A stretch of DNA of 43,248 nt from Methanobacteriota archaeon (GTDB taxonomy: Archaea > Thermoplasmatota > Thermoplasmata > RBG-16-68-12), in contig VBLU01000005.1 of the NCBI GenBank assembly GCA_005879065.1, forward strand, positions 1 through 43,248, in the 5' to 3' direction. Each line of letters opens with the position of its first letter. The first letter of the stretch is position 1. The notes beneath the pieces were generated by a model. The model was not told where the DNA came from. It ran no database searches and saw only the letters and a list, made by a program, of their open reading frames with translations. The position numbers were made by a program, and so were the translations under genes. Below are positions 18,758 through 27,400 of the stretch, piece by piece.

Positions 18758-19522
18758 ATGCCGACGCTTTACGGCTCCGATTTCGCGGAGGTCTACTCGA
18801 AGTACGGATACAACCAGTTCAGTGCGCGAGTTGCCGAGCTGTTGCCGCGCGTCCTCCGCGCGCTTCACCTGACCCCCGATCGAGTCCTTGACGTCCCGTG
18901 CGGAGAAGGGACATTTGCCCTGGAGATGGCGAGGAAAGGCTACCTGACCACGGGCGTGGACCGATCCTCCGCGATGCTTGGAGTGGCCCGACGCAAAGCC
19001 CGCGAGGCCCATTCGAAGATCCGTTTCGTCGAACGTGACATGCGCGCTCTGCGTTTCCACGATGAGTTCGATCTCGTGACCTCGTGGTACGACAGCCTGA
19101 ACTATCTCCTGCGGCTTGAGGATTTGAACAAAACGTTCGCCGGCGTGTTCCGATCCCTCCGTCCCGGTGGCTCGTTCCTGTTCGACATGAACACTCTGGA
19201 GACCCTCTCCAAAGGATGGCAGAGGCATCCGAGTTTCCTGGAAGTGGACACCCGAGACGCGTTTGCGCTTCACCGTTCTACCTGGGACGCTCGACGGAAT
19301 TTGGCAACCCTCAAGGTAACCTGTTTCGTGCGCCGTGGCCAACACTGGGCCCGAACCGACGAATTGCACCGTGAACGCGCATACTCCCTGCCGCAGATCC
19401 GCGCGGCTCTGCGTAAGGCAGGTTTCACCGATGTTGCTTCCTGGGGCAGTATCCGACGGATGACTCCCCCGCGGCGAGGGGATCGAAAATACTGGTTCGC
19501 CGCACGACGGCCGTCTCGATGA
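18758..19522 (+). CDS. Class I SAM-dependent methyltransferase
   Basis: FAEVY, VLDVPCGEG, GVDRSSAML, DMR, DSLNYL, LRPGGSFLFD and HRERAY motifs. Confidence 0.9.
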   Translation: MPTLYGSDFAEVYSKYGYNQFSARVAELLPRVLRALHLTPDRVLDVPCGEGTFALEMARKGYLTTGVDRSSAMLGVARRKAREAHSKIRFVERDMRALRFHDEFDLVTSWYDSLNYLLRLEDLNKTFAGVFRSLRPGGSFLFDMNTLETLSKGWQRHPSFLEVDTRDAFALHRSTWDARRNLATLKVTCFVRRGQHWARTDELHRERAYSLPQIRAALRKAGFTDVASWGSIRRMTPPRRGDRKYWFAARRPSR

Positions 19523-20106
19523 AGATGCGCCGCGTCAGGTCTTCAGAAGTGCAATCCGAGTCGAAAAGGACAACTACTTGCGCTGCGTCCTCGCATTCTG
19601 TGCTGCGTGTCGCAGGGCCGGCGGACCTTGAATCGCTCTACTCCTTCGAGGTCTCTTGCTTCCAAGAACACCCCTTCCGTCGAGATCACGTCGCGTGGAT
19701 CCTCGGCAACAATCACGCTCTGACCCTCGTTCAGGACGGGGTCGCCGGCTTCGCGGCGGTGATGATGCTCCTGTTCGAAGGGCACACGTGTCGGGTCCTT
19801 TCCGTCGGGGTGAACCCGCAGGCTCGCCGACGTGGCATCGCGACCCGCATGATGGCGGCAGCGGAAGCGATTAGCCGAGAACGAGGGGTCTCGACGATCC
19901 GGCTGGAAGTAAGCACGCGGAACTTCGCGGCCATCGAACTGTACCGCGGGCTCGGGTATCGCACGGACGGCGTGCTGTACGGGTACTACTCCTGGGGCGA
20001 GGACGCGTACAGTATGGGGAAGAGCGTGCCTGTGGAATTTCCCTCACGACCTTCTCGTGAACCGAAGCCGGTCAGTCCATCCAGCCTAATACATATTAAT
20101 CAGTAG
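19519..20106 (+). CDS. GNAT acetyltransferase (RimI-like)
   Basis: VNPQARRRGIA acetyl-CoA loop, LEVSTRNFAAIELYRGLGY and YYSWGEDAYSM; start uncertain. Confidence 0.88.
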   Translation: MKMRRVRSSEVQSESKRTTTCAASSHSVLRVAGPADLESLYSFEVSCFQEHPFRRDHVAWILGNNHALTLVQDGVAGFAAVMMLLFEGHTCRVLSVGVNPQARRRGIATRMMAAAEAISRERGVSTIRLEVSTRNFAAIELYRGLGYRTDGVLYGYYSWGEDAYSMGKSVPVEFPSRPSREPKPVSPSSLIHINQ

Positions 20107-20186
20107 ATATTAGTCGGCGAGAAACCCGCATCCGTTTTGCAAATCCTTAAGTCCCGCCCGACAATGCGGCGTGCTCGCAGGGTTGC

Positions 20187-20654
20187 ATGCTACCGATCCC
20201 GACGAAGTTTTTCGTCACGTCCGGCAAGGCGGTCTCCAAGGTCTCGGACTTGAACGCCTTCGACGAGGCCCTCCAGAACGCGGGCCTCGCGGAGCAAAAC
20301 ATCGTGTCGGTCTCTTCCGTGCTGCCGGTCGGCATCAAGCCCGTGCGCAAGAGGGACCTGCCGATGGGCGCCATCACGCATTGCGTCCTCGCCCAGCAAC
20401 GGGGCGGGGAAGGCGAGACGGTCTCGGCCGGCATCGCATACGGATTCCGGGACGACGGCTTCGGCGGCTATGTCGCGGAAGGCCACATGCACGGCACGAA
20501 GAACTCCCTCCGCGAGGTCATGGAGTGGAAGATGGGAGAGATGGCCAAATTGCGGGGTATCAAGTTCCGACGAATCGACTACCGCATCGAAGAACTGAGC
20601 ATTCCCATGGATCACTACGGCGCCTGCCTTGCCGCGCTCGTGTTCCTCGCGTGA
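20187..20654 (+). CDS. pdaD: Pyruvoyl-dependent arginine decarboxylase
   Basis: PTKFFVTSG, LNAFDEAL..AG and the NIVSVS/SVLP self-cleavage site. Confidence 0.93.
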   Translation: MLPIPTKFFVTSGKAVSKVSDLNAFDEALQNAGLAEQNIVSVSSVLPVGIKPVRKRDLPMGAITHCVLAQQRGGEGETVSAGIAYGFRDDGFGGYVAEGHMHGTKNSLREVMEWKMGEMAKLRGIKFRRIDYRIEELSIPMDHYGACLAALVFLA

Positions 20655-20657
20655 CGA

Positions 20658-21134
20658 ATGTACGGCGTCATCGTCTGCCCTCGATGCAAACGGGCCAAGG
20701 GCGTGGACCTGAAACAGAAGACGACGACCTGCGCGTGTGGATTTGAGATCCGAATCGCCCCGTCCCGGGTGCGGGCGCGAGCCGACACGGCGCGTGAACT
20801 GGCGTCGTTGGTGGGGCAAGTGAGCGCGGAGCTCGCCGGCGGACTCGCCGCATATCGGAAAGCCGCCACGCCCGCGCGCCGAAGGCGGTCCAGGGACGTC
20901 CACCTCCGGATCGTGGGCGTCGCATCAAAGCCGCACGATCGTGCGAGCCGGCTCCGGGCCGCCGCCGTCGAACTGACGAGAGAACTCGAGGTCTTCTCCC
21001 TCGAAGATTGGACGCGGGTTCTGGCGGGCCTGGGAATCGCGGACGCCGAAGGAGCCTTGGCCACGTTGATCCGTGCGAATCTGGTGATGGAACCGAAGGA
21101 CGGGTTCTACCGCGCGGTGAGCCTCAGCCCCTAG
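20658..21134 (+). CDS. Archaeal zinc-ribbon protein (DUF1922-like N-terminus) with possible C-terminal winged helix
   Basis: MYGVIVCPRC...TTTCACG; C-terminal EPKDGFYR; 3 nt after pdaD. Confidence 0.7.
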   Translation: MYGVIVCPRCKRAKGVDLKQKTTTCACGFEIRIAPSRVRARADTARELASLVGQVSAELAGGLAAYRKAATPARRRRSRDVHLRIVGVASKPHDRASRLRAAAVELTRELEVFSLEDWTRVLAGLGIADAEGALATLIRANLVMEPKDGFYRAVSLSP

Positions 21135-21858
21135 GCAGGGACGCTCGGCGCCGTTCGCGGCGCAACTCGCGGCGGAGCTCCTCGGGCAGCGTGCCCGGGA
21201 GGATCCGACGGTAGACGTAGTAATAGACGAGCAAGCCAAAGCCGGCCGCGGTGGTCACGGAAAGGGCCGCGTAGACGTCGGGGATGCCCGGAAGGATGAA
21301 CGGGAACAGGAACGCGCCGTAAGCGAAGCGAACTGCAATGGCGCGCAGGAAATAGCGCCACATCTCGCCCCGCGAGGCTCCGAACCCGATGAGGGCGCCA
21401 GTGTCTGCGTTGATGAGCCCGAGTCCGATCGAATAGAGGACGAGCAAGGCGAAGGTCTCCGGGACGTACAGGACATCGCGGGAGGCCCACGCAGCCGCGA
21501 CGACCCCGCTCGCGGCGATGCCGGTTCCCAGCGGGACGCCGTAGAAGGTCGTGTCGAAGCGCCCCTGGTACCTTCGACGGTTCAGCCAGACGAGCTTGAA
21601 CGATTCCTCGAACAAGAAACTCGCCGAGACCGCGACGAGGACCCCGACGATATCGGTTCGCGGGATGGACAGGGCGAAGACGCTCGCGATGGTCCCGAAC
21701 ACGAGGCCCACGGCCAGGCTCCCGAACACCCGGCGGTCGTCGAATAGTGTCCGGTCGACGTACGGCCGGTCGAACCGGCGGAGGGACGTCCACAGGATCC
21801 CGATGGCCGGGAGAATCCCCAGGAGGAAAGCGACGAGGAAATCGACGTTCGATGCCAT
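21124..21858 (-). CDS. Multi-pass membrane protein, degenerate PrsW-like
   Basis: About 7 hydrophobic segments and an FEESFK (EExxK) motif; later PrsW metal ligands not evident. Confidence 0.6.
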   Translation of the reverse strand: MASNVDFLVAFLLGILPAIGILWTSLRRFDRPYVDRTLFDDRRVFGSLAVGLVFGTIASVFALSIPRTDIVGVLVAVSASFLFEESFKLVWLNRRRYQGRFDTTFYGVPLGTGIAASGVVAAAWASRDVLYVPETFALLVLYSIGLGLINADTGALIGFGASRGEMWRYFLRAIAVRFAYGAFLFPFILPGIPDVYAALSVTTAAGFGLLVYYYVYRRILPGTLPEELRRELRRERRRASLPRG

Positions 21859-21964
21859 CGCAGGCGGACCAAGCGAGGGGCGATACTTAAGCGCGCGTCC
21901 GGCCCGGTATCGGAGATGACAACGGGAAGGGTGAGTTTATGCGGCTCGGGACGACTCGAAGCCA

Positions 21965-23968
21965 ATGTCGATGCCCGGGAAACAGCCCCGGGTTCTTTGT
22001 CCCGTCTGCCAGGAGCCCATCCCTCCAGACGAGACGGAGTGCAGGAACTGCGGGGCCTTCGTGATCGACGAGGCCGTCGTCCGGCTCAGCCGAGCCTTCG
22101 GGCTCGACCGGGAGAAAGCGCTCAAATTGTTCGAGGCGGGTTTCCGCCATCCGAAACAGTTGCGGGACCGCGATCCGAACCGTGTCCTCGAGAAGGGCGA
22201 AGTCGGCCTCTTGTTCATCTGCACGAATTGCGGCGGATTCGTCGGCGCGGGGGACTCGAAATGTCCGCGATGCGCGGCGGAATTCGAGACGGAGGCCGAG
22301 GGACCCGCGGCGGAGGAAGAGGACATTCTCGACCTCGTCCTCTGCCCGGTGTGCGGGGCCGACAACGATCCCGAGGTCGTCGAGTGCGAAATTTGTGGCG
22401 CGGCGCTTCGCGAAGCCCCGACACCGAAGCCAGTTCCGGCAACAAGCCCCGCGATGGCGGTTCCCACTCCGAAAGCCGTGGAACGGGAACGGGCGCTCGA
22501 GAAGGTCGACATTTTCCTCGAAGAAACGGAACGGCCTTTGCTCACGCCGGCCCCTCTGACTCCGCGCGAACAGCCTCCGAAAGCAACCCCGCGCCCGATC
22601 CCGAAGTCGCCCGCTCCGATTCCACCAGCGCGCGCTCCCAGCTTCGCGTCCAAGCCGAAGGAGATGTCGTCGCCTCCCGCGGCCAAGCCCGCGATCGCGG
22701 CGAAAACGCTGGCTGTGAAACCGCCTACGACTTCCCGACCAACAGCAAGGCCGCTAGCGAATCGGATTGAACCTTCGAAAGCTCCGATCGCGATGGAGAC
22801 CCGGATGGAACCGCTCCGGGTCACGCTGCCGGCGCGACCTCCAACCAAGGCGTCGCCCATCCGAACGGTCCCCGTCCCTTCCAATCGCATCGTTCGCAAG
22901 AAGGCGAGCGCGTCCTCACTACCGAGGACAGGTCTACCCGCGGAAACGCTGGGCGGGCTCGTGCTCGCGGGCGCTGTCGGCTTGATGCTCGCCGGAGCTC
23001 TCGGGCAGCCCCTCGTGAGCGCCGGAATCGCCACGGTCCTGATCGGCATCGCGGCCTACCAGTCCATCCCGTTTCCGCGGCGAAACACCGCACCGCCCCC
23101 TCGGTTCGACGCGTTCCTTCTGGTCGCGGGCATCCTTCTCGGCCTCGGCGCCGCCATCTTCCGGAACGGGCCTTCCACCGAGGTGACGGCCCTTGCCATC
23201 GCGGCCGCATTCCCGTTTTCCTGGGCGACCCGACGGCTCCTCCGAAGCCCACATCGAGCCTGGCTCGCCATCGCCGCTGCGGTCCCGATCGCCGGCCACG
23301 GGTTCGCGGAAGCCTTGAACCCTGCCTACTGGCTGACGATCCCGTGGGTGATCGGCATCCTCGTTGGGACGCCGTGGCCGGCGGCCCTCGCCGCGACCGA
23401 GATTCTCCGCCGCCAATCGACGACCGTCCTCCGACGCCAATTGGTGCGGGCAGAACGGGACGTCCAGCGGAAGAACTACGAGCAATCGCTCGTCGAATAT
23501 GATCGGGCGATCGCCACCGCCCGGGCCGACGTTCCGGGAGCCGAGATCCCGTGGTACGGGAAAGGCGCCACGTTGATTCTGCTCGGCCGGTACGAGGAGG
23601 CGCTCCGCGCGATCGACACGGCCCTCGACATCAACCCACGGAACGAGGTGGCCTGGGTGAACAAGGGCAACGCCCTGACCCGGATGGGGCAGCTCATGGA
23701 CGCCCTGCGGTGTTTCAATGCGGCGATCAAGGTGAACCCTCTCTTCGAAGTCGCCTGGAACAACAAGGGAAACGCGCTCGCGCGGCTCGGGAAGTTCGAA
23801 GACGCGCTTCGGTGTTATGACCGCGCCCTGGAAATCGATCCGGGTTACCGCGGCGCGTGGGTGAACAAAGGCTTCGTCCTCACCAAGCTGGGGCGGTTCG
23901 ATGAGGCCGCCTCGTGCGCCGACCGCGTCCTCCTGCTGGAGAGGCGCGGGCGCGCCGAGCCCGCTTGA
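21965..23968 (+). CDS. Zinc-ribbon / HhH / Pro-rich / multi-TM / TPR protein
   Basis: Six CxxC motifs, KALKLFEAGF HhH-like segment, long P/A/K linker, ~6 TM helices and four to five AWxNKG TPR repeats. Confidence 0.88.
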   Translation: MSMPGKQPRVLCPVCQEPIPPDETECRNCGAFVIDEAVVRLSRAFGLDREKALKLFEAGFRHPKQLRDRDPNRVLEKGEVGLLFICTNCGGFVGAGDSKCPRCAAEFETEAEGPAAEEEDILDLVLCPVCGADNDPEVVECEICGAALREAPTPKPVPATSPAMAVPTPKAVERERALEKVDIFLEETERPLLTPAPLTPREQPPKATPRPIPKSPAPIPPARAPSFASKPKEMSSPPAAKPAIAAKTLAVKPPTTSRPTARPLANRIEPSKAPIAMETRMEPLRVTLPARPPTKASPIRTVPVPSNRIVRKKASASSLPRTGLPAETLGGLVLAGAVGLMLAGALGQPLVSAGIATVLIGIAAYQSIPFPRRNTAPPPRFDAFLLVAGILLGLGAAIFRNGPSTEVTALAIAAAFPFSWATRRLLRSPHRAWLAIAAAVPIAGHGFAEALNPAYWLTIPWVIGILVGTPWPAALAATEILRRQSTTVLRRQLVRAERDVQRKNYEQSLVEYDRAIATARADVPGAEIPWYGKGATLILLGRYEEALRAIDTALDINPRNEVAWVNKGNALTRMGQLMDALRCFNAAIKVNPLFEVAWNNKGNALARLGKFEDALRCYDRALEIDPGYRGAWVNKGFVLTKLGRFDEAASCADRVLLLERRGRAEPA

Positions 23969-24425
23969 CCCGCGGTCGCGTGGGTGGCTCATCCGCCGGC
24001 GGTTGTCCCTTCCAATCCCGGGTCGAAATCGGTTGCTTGAGATCGAACACATTTCCGTCCGGATCGGCGAACTGGCCGAGCCACTCGCCCCATTCCATCT
24101 TCTCGGGCGGCACGGGAAACTCGACGCCCATCTCCTGCATCCGCTCGTAGTCCGCAAGGATGTTGTCCGTGAGGAACGTGATCCCGGTTGGACCCGGTTC
24201 CGTCTCGTCCATCTGGCAGACGTGCACCCGGGCCCGCGGACGGAGAGGGCCCATCTCGATCCAGTGACCCGCGTCGTCCGGCGTCCCTTGGACGGATGGG
24301 TCCGCGTTCGAAATGCGTGGTCCGATGTACGCGACGTCGAGTCCGAGGACGTCCCGATACCATCGAATCGCCTTGTGCCGATCCGAGACGACGATTGCGA
24401 TCGTGTCGATGCCGAGGACTCCCAT
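23880..24425 (-). CDS. VOC/glyoxalase family protein
   Basis: IDTIAIVVSD..KAIRWYRDVLGL and MEWGEWLGQFADPDGNVFDL. Start ATG 24425 follows GGGGAG; the basic tail overlaps the TPR gene. Confidence 0.88.
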   Translation of the reverse strand: MGVLGIDTIAIVVSDRHKAIRWYRDVLGLDVAYIGPRISNADPSVQGTPDDAGHWIEMGPLRPRARVHVCQMDETEPGPTGITFLTDNILADYERMQEMGVEFPVPPEKMEWGEWLGQFADPDGNVFDLKQPISTRDWKGQPPADEPPTRPRVKRARRARASPAGGRGRRTRRPHRTAPAW

Positions 24426-24486
24426 ATTCTCCCCAAGGGGCGCAACGGAATCCCGCGCTATGAACTTGCCCGCGACCTTCGGAGAA

Positions 24487-27400
24487 TCACTTGTCCCCGG
24501 CACCGCGACTGTACATCTTGGCGTACCACTCCATGACTTCGTGGTCCGAGATGCGATCGACCTGCTCCTCCACCGCGAGCTCATTCTCGGATTCCCACAA
24601 ATCGACGATCCGGCGGGCGGCCGGGTCGCCTTGGAACTCCGTGACCATGAGTTGCCACTTCCGCCGACGGGCTTTGAACGCCGCCACCATCTCGGGGCCA
24701 TCGAAGACGACGTAGCAATAGCCCATGTGGAACTTCGCGACGATCGCCTCGCGCAGATACAGGAACAGGTTGTCCATCGGCGTGAGCACGAACTTTCGGC
24801 GGAACCCGAGTTGCCCGATGCGGTCGATGTCGTCCTTCAGGATCCACATCACGGTGCGCTCGCCGCGGGCGAGGAAGCCTTTCGTGAGCCAGCCCTCTCG
24901 TTCGAACTCCCGGAGACGCTGGCGGGTCTCCCCCATGTTGTACTCGAACCGCGTGTAGGCCGCAAGGGATTCCGCCGACGTCACGCCGAGGCTCCGGATG
25001 ATCCGGCGCAAGACCTCTCGGCGGGCCTCATCCCGACCGATCTTCAGGTCCGGAACGAGGCGATAGCGGTTGTCCGCGTCCCGCGTCACGTGGAGTCCCT
25101 CGTACAGGTTCCGGAGCGCGGTCGCGGTCGAGGGGCGGCTGAGGTCCGAGAGGACGAGGAATCGTTGGCGCGAGATCGGGCCCTCCTCTTCGATCAACTT
25201 CAGGACCGTCTTCATGTCTTTGGTGAGTCGCGTTCCTTTCGCGGCCTTGAAGAGACCGAGGTCGTCCTCGGAGCAGTAGGTCCAGTATTCGGGGATCGCG
25301 AGGCCCTTGGAGAGCAGACCGTTCCGATGCAATCGGTCCAACGGTCGGAAGTCTTTCACACGCAGCCTTGCCGCGAAATCGGATCGGAGCCCACCGAGGG
25401 CTTTCGCGGCCCCGATCGGATCCGCGAACCGCGTCTCGGCCGCGATGCCTTGCTTGTGGAGCGTGTAGGCAAGAAGATCGCTCTTCTCGAAGTCGACGGG
25501 CACGATCGGCCCGTACGCGACGAAATCGGAGAACCGCACGAAGCCGGCTCGCTTCCATGCGGAGAGGTCCTCCGCCTCCGGGACGTCCTTGCCTTGGAAT
25601 CGCGTGACACGCAACACATCGACCCCCCGAAGGGCGTAGAACGACATCATCCGCACGAGGCCGTCGATCGCCTCCTTCAGCAGATCCGGAGACGCCAGGT
25701 CGAGCTCGCGGACCTCGATGCACCCGCTCATCTCCCAGACCTCCGCCATCCCGACGAGGTCCCCGTCCTTCACGAGGGGGAAGAACCAACCCTCCCCGTA
25801 GCGGCTCGCGACCTGGGCCCACAAGGGCTGCGTCCAGGGATCCAGGAGAGACAGCACGCGGACGGGATCGGAGACCGCCTTGCCCGAGGCCTTCCGCAGG
25901 GCAGGCAGATCCTGCGCGAGGACGTACATCTCGCCTTCCGCCTTCCCGGTAACCAGGATGCGGGTCACGAGGCCTTGCTCCTCGAGACGGTCTACGAGCC
26001 GCTCGAGTTCATCCCACTCGAACCGGGCCCATTCTCGGATCCCGGAAAAGGGCACCGGGCCGTACGCGGCGAGGAAGCGCTTCACGAGCGATTCGACGGC
26101 ATCCTTCACTTCCTTCGCGGGCGGGTCGAAGGCCGTATACAGGTTCCGCGCGGTCCAGCCATCGCCCTGGAACTTTCGGATCACGTACACGTCGTAGTCG
26201 AGTTTGTCGAGGGCCTCCTTCACCCGTTCCTTCTCCTCGCGCAACTTCGAAGTGATCCCCCAGATGTCAATGCCCTCCGAAGCCCGGATCACGTCGAGGA
26301 CCTTGGACTCGAATTCGGTGAGCGGACTTCGGGGGAAGGCGGAGAGGAAGAGAGGGACGTCGTGCGCGCGGACGTACCTTACGCGGCCGTTCAGGAAGCG
26401 TCCCTCGAGTATGTCCCCGGACGACCGCCTCCGCGTCCATTCCTTGTAGTCGAAGGACGTCGTGTGGTTCCAGATGTCGAGGACCATACCGGCCTCGAGG
26501 AACGTGTCGAAGAAGTCGTCGAGGGTCTCGATCTTCCGGAATTGTTTCTCCAGGAGGAAAGCCTTCACCTGCGTCTCGTCGAAGACCTCGCGGGTTTCGC
26601 CCTTCCGCTGGAGGCGCTGGAGGTCCCGCGTGAGCATGAACTGGAACTCCTTATCCACGAGGAAGTGGCCCGAGGAGACGACGCCCTCCGATTCGAGGTC
26701 GCGTAGGACCTCTTCGACGAGCTCCGCCTCGAGGCCGAGGGCCACCGCGAGCTCCGTCGCGCTGTACGGCCCGTCCACATCGAGCCGCTTCGTGAGGATC
26801 TTGTCGAGCGCCTCTTCGAACGGTCCCCGAACGGGCTCGCGCGCCGCATAGACGGTCTCCTCGACGCCTCGGCGCGCCACCAGGTACGACCGTTCGAGCT
26901 TCCGCAGGGTCTCGTTCAGCGCATCCTTCTGCCGTTTCGTCTTCCGAAGGAGTTCCTTGTGGGTGAGCGGTTTTTCCTTGAGGAGGGAGAGAACTTTCTC
27001 TTCCGGAGGCTTCAGGCGGGACCGCTGCGCGTAGACCGAGACGTAGTTCGGTACGTGGTCCTTCGGCGCCCAATGGATGCCCTGCGGCGTCCAGACACTC
27101 TCGATCAATCCTTCGTCCATAAGTTGGCCGGACCATTTTCGGACGTCGGAGAAGGATGCGGTCGCGACGTCGAACACGTTCCGACCCTTCTCCTGCAGAA
27201 GGTTCGCGTCACCTACGCGATCCAGGTAAGACAGGATGTCTTCCTTCCGGGCGACCTTCGGGAGCTTTCGTCGGAAGTACTCGACGATCTCTCCCGGTTG
27301 GAATTGGATCGAACTGATCTGGTCCGAGGGCATCACGCGCTCCAGGACCTTGCGGTGCAGCTCCCGCAGGAGGGCGGAGCGGTCCTCCATGAGGACCAGG

